In this document: positions 48,363-60,299 of the stretch, piece by piece | How positions within the stretch are numbered: the stretch's first letter is position 1 | Layout of the letters: the number at the start of each line of letters is the position of its first letter | Origin: Macrostomum lignano | Lineage: Eukaryota | Length of the DNA: 64,000 nucleotides | NCBI GenBank assembly: GCA_002269645.1 | Contig: NIVC01002112.1 | Coordinates: 140,228 to 204,227 of the forward strand | Reading direction: 5' to 3' | The notes under the pieces: generated by a model | What the model was told of the DNA's origin: nothing | What the model saw: the letters and a program-made list of their open reading frames with translations, nothing else | Database searches by the model: none | Program-made: the position numbers and the translations under genes

Positions 48363-48439
48363 AATTCTAGGCAATGGCCGGCCATTGCCATGGGTCATTG
48401 TCATGAGGAGAAATTTTGGGCAATGACATTTCTAGAATT
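48363..48439. repeat. Palindromic cassette downstream of the recombinase
   Basis: Perfect 20-bp palindrome GGCAATGGCCGGCCATTGCC (48370-48389), the GTCATTG/CAATGAC pair and an outer AATTCTAG/CTAGAATT pair. Confidence 0.85.
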
Positions 48440-49139
48440 ATCTTAAACTTCGTAGCCATGCAAGTTCACATAGTATTAGCGTTAAATGAGTTGATTGAAA
48501 TAATATCCTGTATTTTAAATTAAAAAACATTGTTAGCAAAGTGAATCGTTAGCTTAATCTGATTAAATATGGTTCTTTTCTGACTATTATGTTGAAATCA
48601 ATAGCGTTTATTTAAATTTTGTACTTTTGTATCGCAAAATTATATATGACAACAACACTTCACTTCACATTACATTGCCTACAGGGCATATTTTTATGAA
48701 AGTCATTACCCATTTATCATGATTAATTATAATTTACCATTGTAAGGTCATAGTATATGATAACCATTGACGGGATAGCCTAAAGATAAATCCAGACTTA
48801 GATAATATTGTGTAAGAGTTTTAAAGATCTTGACCTAGAATATAATTGACAGTGACAATCATATTTTTTACCTTTTCTAATTTCTGATTGTCTTAAAGCT
48901 TGGACAATTTACCTTTTCTAACTTTTGATTGCCTTAGACCATTTAAAACTAAGGTTTGTTCATTGAGCCTAGTTACTATACTAATTAAAACAGGTCTAGG
49001 GCCTGGGCTAGGTTGCTAGGCCTAGGCCTATTACATGCTACATGTATATTTACCAAAAAAATGTTTCATACATCTACATGATACATTGAAGAAATCTCAA
49101 AGTAAATACTATACATTCTATGCACTAGATTCTAAAATA

Positions 49140-49743
49140 TTGGTTTTTGCATGCCAAGTGAGACACCCCTCAAGCAATCTGAGACTGAATAGCAAAAACA
49201 CTACTGTCTATGGCCACCCCTCGCTGCAGCCCAGCTTTTTGGGATCGCCTTGCAAGCAAAGTGAGAAATTTTTTCAAGCTAAGTGAGAACCATATTGAAA
49301 ACAAAGGGGTGGTTTTACGAAATTACAAAATGATGTACTGTCGGAAACTATATATTTAGAAAAGGATACACAGGAACACAACAAAACAAGCGGTACAAAA
49401 ATTGTTGATAATGTTATAAGCGTTCAAATAAAGGGTTGCATGTTGATACACTGAGCAAACTTTCGAGTGCAGTGGAGCTCCCAGCCTGCGATCTTGTGCG
49501 GAGTAATGAATGACATGCAGCGATTTTCTTCCAAGCTCGTTGCTTGTTAAACGCAGTTGATTTGCCATAGCCCAGCCTTTGTTTTCAATATGGCTCTCAC
49601 TTAGCTTGAAAAAATTTCTCACTTTGCTTGCAAGGCGATCCCAAAAAGCTGGGCTGCAGCGAGGGGTGGCCATAGACAATAGTGTTTTTGCTATTCAGTC
49701 TCAGATTGCTTGAAAAATGTCGCACTTAGCATGCAAAAACCAA
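49140..49743. mobile_element. MITE with about 168-bp TIRs and TA flanks (Tc1/mariner-like)
   Basis: 49140-49307 is the near-perfect reverse complement of 49576-49743 (TTGGTTTTTGCATGC...). TA lies on both sides and there is no internal coding capacity. Confidence 0.8.
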
Positions 49744-49765
49744 TACTAGTGATGCTATAGCCATA

Positions 49766-49835
49766 TAGGGTAACAGTCCACTTCGTTAACAGCCATTTCG
49801 GTAACAGCCACTTCGGTAACAAGTGAGAATAATAT
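49766..49835. mobile_element. Probable transposon terminus fragment (GGGTAACAGTCCACTTCG plus 16-bp subrepeats)
   Basis: G-rich start followed by a GGTAACAGCCA(C/T)TTC-type motif repeated about three times, resembling a TIR with subterminal repeats. No partner end was found. Confidence 0.3.
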
Positions 49836-50399
49836 AATATTCATTAATTGATAGGTTCCGAAAGGATGTGCGAACAAACTATAATGAAAGAACGACAAAA
49901 CACATGCGTACCTGCATGTGCTTAACTTGCTTTAAAGTGTTTTAACCGATCTACAGCTCGCACGCAGTTTCTGAATTGGATGAGGCTGAAGTAGCCAATA
50001 ACGACAGGTTAGCCGAAGGCGGCCGACATTTCCGGTGCAAGCGCACCGATACAGTCACACTAACTGGAACTTTATTAGCAGCCAATGACAAATAATTGGC
50101 ATCGGACAGAGGCGACAATTGGCCGGCGAATATTCGCTTAGTAGACGTTAATCTTGCTGACAGCTGGCGAGGGTCGGCAACGGAGCCGGCTGACACGAGA
50201 GCGAACAGCGCGCAGCCGGATTCGCTGGCATTTCTGAGGCCTAAGCCGGCAAAGTGGATTTTCGGAGTGCAGTCGAAGATCTCGAGTTCAACGCTGTAGG
50301 CAAACTCGGGCAGGGCGAGGCTAAAATTGTTTGTAGAAGTTAAAAACAACTGATTGTAAACACTAGACAGGGCAGGGGTCTCACAAGCTCGAATCATAT

Positions 50400-52510
50400 C
50401 AGCTTGAAATCTCATAAGCTCGAATCTCATAAACTCGAATCTCATAAGCTCGAATCTCATAAACTCGAATTTCATAAACTCAAATCTAATAAACTAGAAT
50501 CTCACAAGCTCGAATCTAACAAACTCAAATCCCATAAGCTCGAATCTAACAAACTTAAATCTCATAAAGTCAAATCTCATAAGCTCGAATCTTACAAACT
50601 TAAATCACATAAAGTCGAATCTCATAAGCTCGAATCTTACAAACTTAAATCTCATAAAGTCGAATCTCACAAGCTCGAATCTAACAAACTCAAATCTCAT
50701 AAGCTCGAATCTCATAAACTCGAATCTAACAAACTTAAATCTCATAAAGTCGAATCTCATAAGCTCGAATCTTACAAACTTAAATCTCATAAAGTCGAAT
50801 CTCATAAGCTCAAATCTCATAAGCTCGAATCTCATAAGCTCGAATCTCATAAGCTCAAATCTCATAAGCTCAAATCTCATAAGCTCGAATCTCATAAGTT
50901 CGAATCTCATAAGTTCGAATCTCATAAGTTCGAATCTAACAAACTCAAATCTAAGCTCGAATCTAACAAACTCGAATCTCATAAGCTAGAATCTCACAAG
51001 CTCGAATCTCAAGCTCGAATCTCACAAGCTCAAATCTCATAAGCTCGAATCTCATAAGCTCGAATCTAAAAAACTCAAATCTCATAAGTTCGAATCTCAT
51101 AAGCTCGAAATCCCATAAGCTCAAAATCTCATAAGCTCGAAATCTCATAAGCTCGAATCTCACCAGCTCGAAATCTCATAAGCTCGAATGTCATAAGCTC
51201 AAATCTCATAAGCTCGAATCTCATAAGCTAGAATCTCATAAGCTCAAATCTCATAAGCTCGAATCTCATAAGCTCAAATCTCATAAGCTCGAATCTCATA
51301 AGCTCGAATCTCACCAGCTCGAATCTCATAAGCTCGAATCTCATAAGCTCGAATCTCATAAGCTCGAATCTCATAAGTTCGAATCTAACAAACTCAAATC
51401 TAAGCTCGAATCTAACAAACTCGAATCTCATAAGCTAGAATCTCACAAGCTCGAATCTCAAGCTCGAATCTCACAAGCTGAAATCTCATAAGCTCGAATC
51501 TCATAAGCTCGAATCTAAAAAACTCAAATCTCATAAGCTCGAATCTCATAAGCTCGAAATCCCATAAGCTCAAAATCTCATAAGCTCGAAATCTCATAAG
51601 CTCGAATCTCACCAGCTCGAAATCTCATAAGCTCGAATGTCATAAGCTCAAATCTCATAAGCTCGAATCTCATAAGCTAGAATCTCATAAGCTCAAATCT
51701 CATAAGCTCGAATCTCATAAGCTCAAATCTCATAAGCTCGAATCTCATAAGCTCGAATCTCACCAGCTCGAATCTCATAAGCTCGAATCTCATAAGTTCG
51801 AATCTAACAAACTCAAATCTAAGCTCGAATCTAACAAACTCGAATCTCATAAGCTCGAATCTCACAAGCTCGAATCTCAAGCTCGAATCTCACAAGCTGA
51901 AATATCATAAGCTCGAATCTCATAAGCTCGAATCTAAAAAACTCAAATCTCATAAGCTCGAATCTCATAAGCTCGAATCTCATAAGCTCGAATCTCACCA
52001 GCTCGAATCTCATAAGCTCGAATCTCATAAGCTCGAATCTCATAAGTTCGAATCTAACAAACTCAAATCTAAGCTCGAATCTAACAAACTCGAATCTCAT
52101 AAGCTAGAATCTCACAAGCTCGAATCTCAAGCTCGAATCTCACAAGCTGAAATCTCATAAGCTCGAATCTCATAAGCTCGAATCTAAAAAACTCAAATCT
52201 CATAAGCTCGAATCTCATAAGCTCGAAATCTCATAAGCTCGAAATCTCATAAGCTCGAATCTCACCAGCTCGAAATCTCATAAGCTCGAATGTCATAAGC
52301 TCAAATCTCATAAACTGAATTTCATAAGCTCGAATCTAACAAACTCAAATCTAAGCTCGAATCTAACAAACTCGAATCTCATAAGCTCGAATCTAAAAAA
52401 CGTCAAATCTCATAAGCTCGAATCTAACAAACTCAAATCTAAGCTAGAATTTCACAAGCTCGAATCTCAAGCTCGAATCTCACAAGCTCGAATCTCATAA
52501 ACTCGAATCT
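50400..52510. repeat. 15-bp ATAAGCTCGAATCTC array with about 449-bp higher-order blocks
   Basis: Nearly identical ORF-track peptides at 50963 and 51412, and at 51228 and 51677. Confidence 0.93.
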
Positions 52511-54812
52511 GAAGAGCTCGAAATTTTACATTGTTAACTTTGTAAAGTTTTAACCTAGCGGAATTCCGATGTACGAAATAAAAGATTCAATTCGGCATTC
52601 TTAGCGTTTAATGCCTGCAAAAATGACAGGAATAGGGGTTATACTCACCGGAAGAATTGCACCTGGCCAATAAGTATTCGCACAGTAACATTAGTATCCA
52701 GGCTAAGCAGGGGCGTAGTGATTGGCACATAACCAGATAGCATAATGTTCACGGCATAGGAGCATGGCGTCTTTTTTATGCCCTAAAAATTGTTTGCGAT
52801 TTAAAAGTACAAGTATGCAGCACTGAAATACGTTTGCTTGTGTCCGCTGAAGAGCATTAAAAAACGAAATCTGAAGATTAAGCATCTAGCATTAAGATTT
52901 TTGTCTAAGAATAGGCGTACAGTCCGAGGGTTTCTAGGAATTACTTACCGGAGGGTTTCTAGGAATGTACTTATCCGAGGGTTTCTAGGAATTACTTACC
53001 GGAGGGTTTCTAGGAATGTACTTATCCGAGGATTTCTAGGAATTATTACCGGAGGGTTTCTAGGAATGTACTTATCCGAGGGTTTCTAGGAATTACTTAC
53101 CGGAGGGTTTCTAGGAATGTACTTATCCGAGGGTTTCTAGGAATTGCTTACCGGAGGGTTTCTAGGAATGTACTTATCCGAGGGTTTCTAGGAATGTACT
53201 TATCCGAGGGTTTCTAGGAGTTACTTACCGGAGGGTTTCTAGGAATGTGCTTATACCAGGTTTTCTAGGAATTTCCTTATATCAGGCCAGGCAGGGTTTT
53301 TAAGAATGTGCTTATCCGAGGGTTTCTAGGAATGTGCTTATCGGGATATCGGGAGGTTTCAAGGAATATGCTTATCGGGAGGTTTCAAGGAATATGCTTA
53401 TCGGGAGGTTTCTAGGAATATGCTTATTGGGAGGTTTCTAGGAATATGCTTATCGGAAGGTTTCTAGGAATATGCTTATCAGATTTTCTAGGAATGTGCT
53501 TTAAGTCATGCCAGAGTTTCTAGCAAAATGGGATACCTTTATCGAATGATTTTAAGGAAAATGCCTATACAACGCTGTCTAGGAATATGCTTGTCGGATG
53601 GTTTTTAGGAATGTACTTTTTAGTAATTTTCTTATTCACTATTTTATAAAATTGACTGGAGAACACGATGTTTTCGAAGCATATGAAAGCTGGAACTTCT
53701 GATAATTAGATACACATCTCCATGAGCAAAGAGATTGTCCAAGAAAGCGACCTTTAAAGTCCCTAGCAAAATTGTTTTAACTAAAAGTTGATAGACTCTG
53801 AGAGGTGGATTTCAAGAGCGTTTCTAAGAAATTGAGTTCCTAGTCTTCAGCCCTACCTACCAGTTTCTGCAGCTTGGACTGCTCGGGCTCCATGCTAATA
53901 ACGGTAAAGTAGAACAGCCCGCCGCCCACGGTATCGAACATAGCCCGGGCGCGAGTAGAGGATTTGTCCAATCGAATAGCGAATCTCTGTCGGCGAAGGA
54001 TCAGCAGATCTGGCGACCAGGCTGACTCGTTTAGCCAGGGAACGGCGCCGTGCTGGCTGCTGATCAAGCTGCGGGTGACACACCGATAACCATTTCTTCA
54101 TCGCTGATCATGCAGGCATGATCTACGCTGGCCGTGCAACTTAGTTTTTGACCAAAAATGCCACTTACCTATGAAAGGAACCTAAACCAAAATTGACGTG
54201 ATTTTGGGCAAACGGCAGGAGTAACTATGACCGCATTATTAGGGCTAAATGCCGCGTCATCTACTTAGTATTAGTATATTTTCCGGATGGGCACTTTTGC
54301 GACCTTGCTGATGGGGATTGGTTCAGACCAGTCACGTGACAATTTAAACCTTTTCTCATCCAGAGGTACACTTTTTGTAACTACGACCTCTGAGATGCTT
54401 ATTTGATTGGGAAAAAATAAACTATGTACTATTATATTCTCGTTTCTTTTTTGTCTGTTCCAGATACTTTGAAATCAGTTACTATGCTCTGGCACTATAC
54501 ATGGAGCACTGAGCGTAGGGTTCGAACTCTGAACATTCCTGCTTTGATTTAGAGTTGCTACTTCGGCGTCCAAAAGATAGGTTACTCTGTAGTTTACTAC
54601 TCTTGCAGGTTACTTTGTAGTTTACTACTCTTGCAGGTTACTCTGTAGTTTACTACTCTTGCAGGTTACTCTGTAGTTTAATACTCTTGCAGGTTACTCT
54701 GTAGTTTACTACTCTTGCAGGTTACTCTGTAGTTTACTACTCTTGCAGGTTACTCTGTAGTTTACTACTCTTGCAGGTTACTCTGTAGTTTACTACTCTG
54801 CAGCATGCTTGG

Positions 54813-54964
54813 GCGCAACCTAGGGATTCACCCAGCCGTTTCTATTGGCAACACACATGTAAGTCGCCATTGGACAGAATAGTAGTCACGTGACTGCTCT
54901 CAGCCAATAGCGACTTACATGTGTGCTGCCAATAGAAACGGCCGGGCGACTCCCAAGGTTGCGC
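54813..54964. mobile_element. About 150-bp fully palindromic MITE-like element (CCAAT boxes around a central GTCACGTGAC)
   Basis: GCGCAACC...GCCGTTTCTATTGGC / GCCAATAGAAACGGC...GGTTGCGC. The mirror copy at 33382-33520 lacks part of one end. Older diverged copies lie at about 31340-31497 and 56456-56600. Confidence 0.7.
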
Positions 54965-56642
54965 ATGTATGCTCTGCAGTACTTTACTCTGTAGTAGGCT
55001 TCTCTGTAATAGGCTTCTCTGTAGTAGGTTACTCTGTAATAGGCTTCTCTGTAATAGGCTTCTCTGTGGTAGGTTACTCTGTAATAGGCTTCTCTGTAGT
55101 AGGTTACTCTGTAGTAGGCTACTCTGTAGTAGGTTGTTACTCTGTAGTAGGCTACTCTGTAGTAGGTTTCTCTGTAGTAGGTTACTCTGCAATAGGCTTC
55201 TCTGCAGTACATTACTCTGTAGTAGGCTACTCTGTAGTAGGATTATCCTGAAATAAGCTACTCTATAGTACATAATTGGTAAATAAAAAACAAAAACAGT
55301 TTAAAAAATCCCCATGCGCCTGTCACCTTTGGCAGAATGGCACCTAGACAAAAAACAACTTCAAATACAAACCAATACCAATATTCACAACAAACTAACC
55401 TGCTCTTTAGCACAGCAATTTGGCTATATTTAATTTAATCAATATGCAAAAAGACACATTAAAAACCATTGGCATAAATCTTTCAGAAATCAAAATGAAA
55501 GAATTAAATATTCTGATTTGCAGCATGTTGATAGATGCTAGAGCAACCACATCTGATACCAATGCAAGGTGAAGATTACCTATAGGACTTTAACATAGAG
55601 TTAATAGTCCAATAGTCTACTACTGCACAATAGTAGTAGAAAATATCTAAAAGACAATGAATAAAATATAATTTATAGTGAGTGACCCAAAATCAACATG
55701 CACAAGCCTATACATAAAATTTTGTTCAAAAGAAAAAAACTATTTCCATGTGCAAAAATATTGAAAATAATGAAAACATACTTACACATCCATTGGATAA
55801 ATAGGACAACCATCATCCACTTGCAAGTTAACAGACTAGACTATGTTGCCAGCCATCTTCGGAGCAATTATAGGCATAGTCTCCGACTTTTGCACCTCAT
55901 TGTAGCTGCTTATGTAGAAAAATACAGGCCTTGACCAAAAAGTTGTATCTGGACAATTTTAATATACATTTATACCTTAGATTAAAAATCAAAACTGACA
56001 TAAAATACAAACATACCTTTCAAAATTTGACTTTGTCTGGTATATACAAAGCTAACATGAATGGTATAGGATTAAAGTCTAAGGTAGTGTCTAAGGTGGA
56101 GACCACACAGAATCTTTATCCCTACCTAGCTATCCCTAATTTCTATTACCTTCCTTGGTTGTTCCAATCTAAAAATCTGCTTGTTAAATTTCAGTGGCTA
56201 ATGTACATTATGGCTAAACCAATTAGCAAGCTGTTTATATCTGCAAGCTTAATTTTTTAATTTATGAAAGTCATCTCAGTTGTCTTTATTCTTATAAAAG
56301 CTTATGGATTCTTCATTGCTACTAAACAAAAAGTAGAAAGCTGTTTTACCAAGTATATATGCCTGGGTAGCCTATTTAGTTATTTTAATTTCTGTGGTTA
56401 ATATTGACATTAAAAATTATAGCAAAATCTATCAATATAGATGCTTTATACTTGGGCACAACCTACTACTTAGGAATTTACCCAGCTATTTCCTATTGGC
56501 AACACATAAGTAATTTGCTGTAAGACAAAATATTACTCTTAGCCAATAGAAACTTATAAGTGTATATTGCCAATAGAAACAACTAGGTGATTCCTATAAT
56601 GGCTATAGTAAAAAAGGCTAGAATATGCTGAGATAAAACGTG

Positions 56643-57087
56643 GGCGATCCTTCGGTTTCCTGCTCTAAATTATTTTAATGTGATATTATATCATAAAGGG
56701 TTTGAATGGCGATTCTAAAATAATTAAAAAATGATCCATTCCTGCACATGGATCCATTTTGAAGGTAATGATCCCAATTCTGAAGCAAATGATTTTGATT
56801 TTAAAGTGAATGAACCCAATCCTAAGGGAATTATCCCAACCGTGAAGTGAATTTTCCCGATCCTGAAGTGAATGATCCTGATTCTAAAGCGAATGGTTTT
56901 GATTTTGATTAGTCACTACTATCTACTGTAGTGCAACTGACTGACTAACTGTCTATATCTTCCTATATTGTATTTTTTTATTTTTTGTTATGCTTACCTC
57001 TGTTGCGCTATTCAAACTTGTTTTATAATTATAGTATAATAATATCTAATGTTAAAATAATTTAGAGTGGGAAACCAAAGGATCACC
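56643..57087. mobile_element. hAT-like MITE, present only in the right arm
   Basis: TIR GG(C/T)GATCCTT(C/T)GGTTTCC and 8-bp TSD AAAAC(G/A)TG. The left arm has the empty site near 31295-31310. Confidence 0.75.
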
Positions 57088-58119
57088 AAAACATGGGCCT
57101 TGCTAGTGCTAGATAGGCTGATTGATATTTATTTATTTTTTGAAGTCTTCTACATTATTTTGACAAAAATTATAGGGCCTAGCTAGAAATAGAAATTTAT
57201 TTCTATATAGGGTATAAGAATTTTTTAGCAAATAGCAAATAGCATTGTTTTAAAAGCAAATAGAAAAAAGCATTTTCTAGGTTATTTTAGAAAAACTATA
57301 TCTAGACCTAACAATTTTGGAAAGAATAGCCTAGAAATATGAAAAAGATCTAGGCCCAATCCAAATATAAGCCTAGGCTTAATCAAAGAAATACCTAATT
57401 GATTAGGCCCTATATGATTTTTTATATCTAACTAGTAAAAGAAATAAATATGAAATAAATATATTATACAAAAGATAGATAAGAATAGGAAAGTGAAAAG
57501 AAAACCAGAGAATATGAATTAGGAGTACTAGGTCTACAGTTATATTAGGGTCTCTTTATGTGATTGGTAACTAGACCTACTATATAATAAAAGTATTAGG
57601 CTATTGCCATTGGGCCTAAGTAGGCTTAAAGAAAATAATTTATAATAACTTACCTGATTGTACATGTGATATACAAAATGTAGATTTCACTAAATTACAA
57701 ACTAGAAGAAATAAAAGCAAATTATAATAATGTTTTTTATTAGGACTAGCCATAAAAAATTACATTTAAATTAAACTGTTACAATTTCACTTGGGTCTTG
57801 AGATTGCTCTAAATCTATAAATGAGATTTAAAGTAGAGTAGAAGTATGGCATAAAGAAAAGCGATTTTAATCGACCTAGAACTAGGTGGAGATTTTAAGT
57901 CATATGAACTAGAAACTGAATCTAAGGATCACATATCCTGATGCACACTGATGAACTAAGATTTTAGAATAATACTAGCAATCTTCGCCCCCCGTTGGGG
58001 GACATCTGGATAGAATCTCTGTTCTCTAGAAGTATCAAAAAGATAACGAAATAAAGCCTTCACAAAGACAACAGACAAACTGCTCAAATAAAGTGTAATG
58101 CAAAAAGAAATCATCCCAA

Positions 58120-59600
58120 GACAGCAAGCATCCCCCAGATAGCAAGCATCCCCCAGATTGCAAGCATCCCCCAGATAGCAAGCATCCCCCAGATAGCAAG
58201 CATCTCCCAGATAGCAAGCATCCCCCAAAAAGCAAGCATCCCCCAGATAGGAAGCATCCCCCCTCCCGGATAGCAAGCAACCCCAGATAGCAAGCATCCC
58301 CAAATAGTAAGCATCCACCAGACAATAAGTAGCTAGTGCAACAATTTCCTTAGCTCTATAGTGGCTCCTTTAAAATTGGCATGACGCTTACTTTTACGTT
58401 TGAAATTGTGTATCTTTTATGTTTGACATGGTGGCTCTTTTATGTTTGACATGGTGGCTCTTTTATGTATGACATGATGGCTCTTTAATGTTTGACATGG
58501 AGTCACATATATGTTAGACATGGTGGCTCTTTAATGTTTGACATGGTGGCTCTTTAATGTTCGACATGGTGGCTCTTTAATGTTAGGCACGGTGGCTGGT
58601 TAATTTTTGACATGGTGGTCCTTTTATGCTTGACATGGTGGCTCTTTAATGTTCGACATGGTGGTCCTTTTATGCTTAACATGGTGGCTCTTTAATGTTT
58701 GACATGGTGGTCCTTTTATGTTTGACATGGCGGCTCTTTAATGTTTGACATGGTGGCTATCTATGTTCGACATGGTGGCTCTTTTATGTTTGACATGGTG
58801 GCTCTTTAATGTTCGACATGGTGGCTCTTTTATGTTTGACATGGTGGCTCTTGAATGTTTGACATGGTGGCTCTTTAATGTTTGACATGGTGGCTATTTA
58901 TGTTCGACATGGTGGCTCTTTTATGTTTGACATGGTGGCTCTTTAATGTTTGACATGGTGGCTCTTTTATGTTCGACATGGTGGCTCTTTATTGTTTGAC
59001 ATGGTGGCTCTTTAATGTTTGACATGGTGGCTCTTTAATGTTTGACATGGTGGCTCTTTAATGTTCGACATATGGTGTCTCTTTTATGTTTAACATGGTG
59101 GCTATTTTATGTTTGACATGGTGGCTCTTTAATGTTTGACATGGTGGCTCTTTAATGTTCAACATGGTGGCTCTTTAGGCCTAATGTTCGACATATGATG
59201 TCTCTTTTATGTTTGACATGGTGGCTCTTTAATGTTTGCCATGGCGGCCCTTTTACGTTTGAAATGTTGTCTCTGTTATGTTTGACATGGTGGCTCTTTA
59301 ATGTTTGACATGGTGGCTCTTTGATGTTTTGACATGTTGGCTCTTCAATGTTTGACATGGTGGCTCTTTAATGTTTGACATGGTGGCTCTTTTATGATTG
59401 ACATGGTGGCTCTTTTATGTTTGAAATGGTGGCTCTTTTATGTTTGAAATGGTGGCTCTTTAATGTTTGAAATGGTGGCTCTTTTATGATTTACATGGTG
59501 GCTCTTTTATGTTTGACATGGTGTCTCTTCTGTGTTTGACATGGTGGCACTTTTATGTTTGACATGGTGCCACTTTTATGTTTGACATTGCGCTTCTTTT
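58120..59600. repeat. 18-bp (GCAAGCATCCCCCAGATA) and 23-bp (TTTGACATGGTGGCTCTTTAATG) arrays inside Helitron-like copy 1
   Basis: About 58120-58325 and about 58420-59600. Confidence 0.93.
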
Positions 59601-59649
59601 ATGTTTAGCATTTTGTGTTTTAAAGTGTTTTAATAAAAAAATTATTTTG

Positions 59650-59715
59650 CACTACTAAGATTCGAACCCAGGTCGCTACATTAGCAGTCCAGTCTGTTCG
59701 CATCTTGGCTATCTC
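59650..59715 (-). pseudogene. tRNA-derived fragment (Ser-GCT-like anticodon loop)
   Basis: The minus strand reads GAGATAGCCAAGATGCG...GGACTGCTAATG...GGGTTCGAATC, with A-box-like, CTGCTAA loop and B-box sequences but no proper acceptor stem. Confidence 0.35.
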
Positions 59716-60299
59716 TTTTCAATTGTAGAACATGAATTGTGGCCCTTATAATTCAATTCTTATAGCAAGTCAGTTAGAGTTAAAATTTATGACATAATCA
59801 ATTTCTCAGTCAGCCAGTATCAGTCTCAATTCAAGTTAGCAATAGCTATGGTTACGCAATTACAATCAAGTCTTGTGTGCATTTTTTCAACACTGTTTTC
59901 AACTTGTGATGCAATATTTATCAGAATTGAAATTCAGTCAGTCAGTTTTTTCTCTAGCATTCTTACAATGCATTTCAGGTCGAAAGAGCTGCTTGACCTT
60001 TGCAAAAAAGCATGTTTTTCGAATATTTAATCCCTTTAACATTGAGCAATTTCTTAGCCAAGATGCATGTACTGTCCCAGGAAAATTTCTGATCGAATGG
60101 TGCAAGTTTGAAGAAAATTGGTTGAGCCGTTTTTTCTGAAATCTATCGCATACCTACCTACCCACATATATACAGACAACTCATTTTTAGTATATACTAG
60201 CAATCTACGCCCCCGTTGGGGAGCTAAAGAAATGAAATACACGTTTTTTAATAAGCTACATGTAGCCTTGAAATCCTAAAAAATCTCCTGTCAAACTTC

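Larger units (their letters stand above)
49951..57753 (-). pseudogene. tmem8: Inverted partial duplicate of TMEM8 exons 1-5
   Basis: Exons 57753-57654 (MASPNKKHYYNLLLFLLVCNLVKSTFCISHVQS), 55948-55786 (TGG>TAG at 55836-55838), 54068-53861, 52782-52649 and 50320-49951 (truncated, ends in TAG). Splice sites are retained and exon lengths match the plus-strand copy up to the truncation. Confidence 0.85.
49952..57974 (-). repeat. Right arm of about 8 kb inverted segmental duplication
   Basis: Reverse complement of 29255-37717. It ends inside TMEM8 exon 5 at one side and against a Helitron-like CTAG at the other. Confidence 0.92.
57975..60196 (-). mobile_element. Non-autonomous Helitron-like element (copy 1)
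   Basis: The minus-strand 3' end is the hairpin CCCCC-AAC-GGGGGG about 10 nt before CTAG|T (57975-58001). The other end (60090-60196) resembles the typical animal Helitron terminus (GTTTGAAGAAAATTGGTTGAGCCGTTT...ACAGACAACTC...TAGTATATA). No RepHel ORF. Confidence 0.6.

Noticed and set aside
49952-57974. Right arm as a pure chimeric-read (fold-back) assembly artefact
   Set aside because: The arms differ by many substitutions, TSD-flanked arm-specific insertions and array lengths. Mis-phasing of divergent haplotypes is not excluded.
29255-57974. Whole structure as one giant transposon with 8-kb TIRs
   Set aside because: The arms are host-gene exons and introns, and no TSD or terminal motif is shared at the outer ends.
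59650-59715. Functional tRNA-Ser gene
   Set aside because: No pairing acceptor stem or variable arm, and it is embedded in a repeat element.
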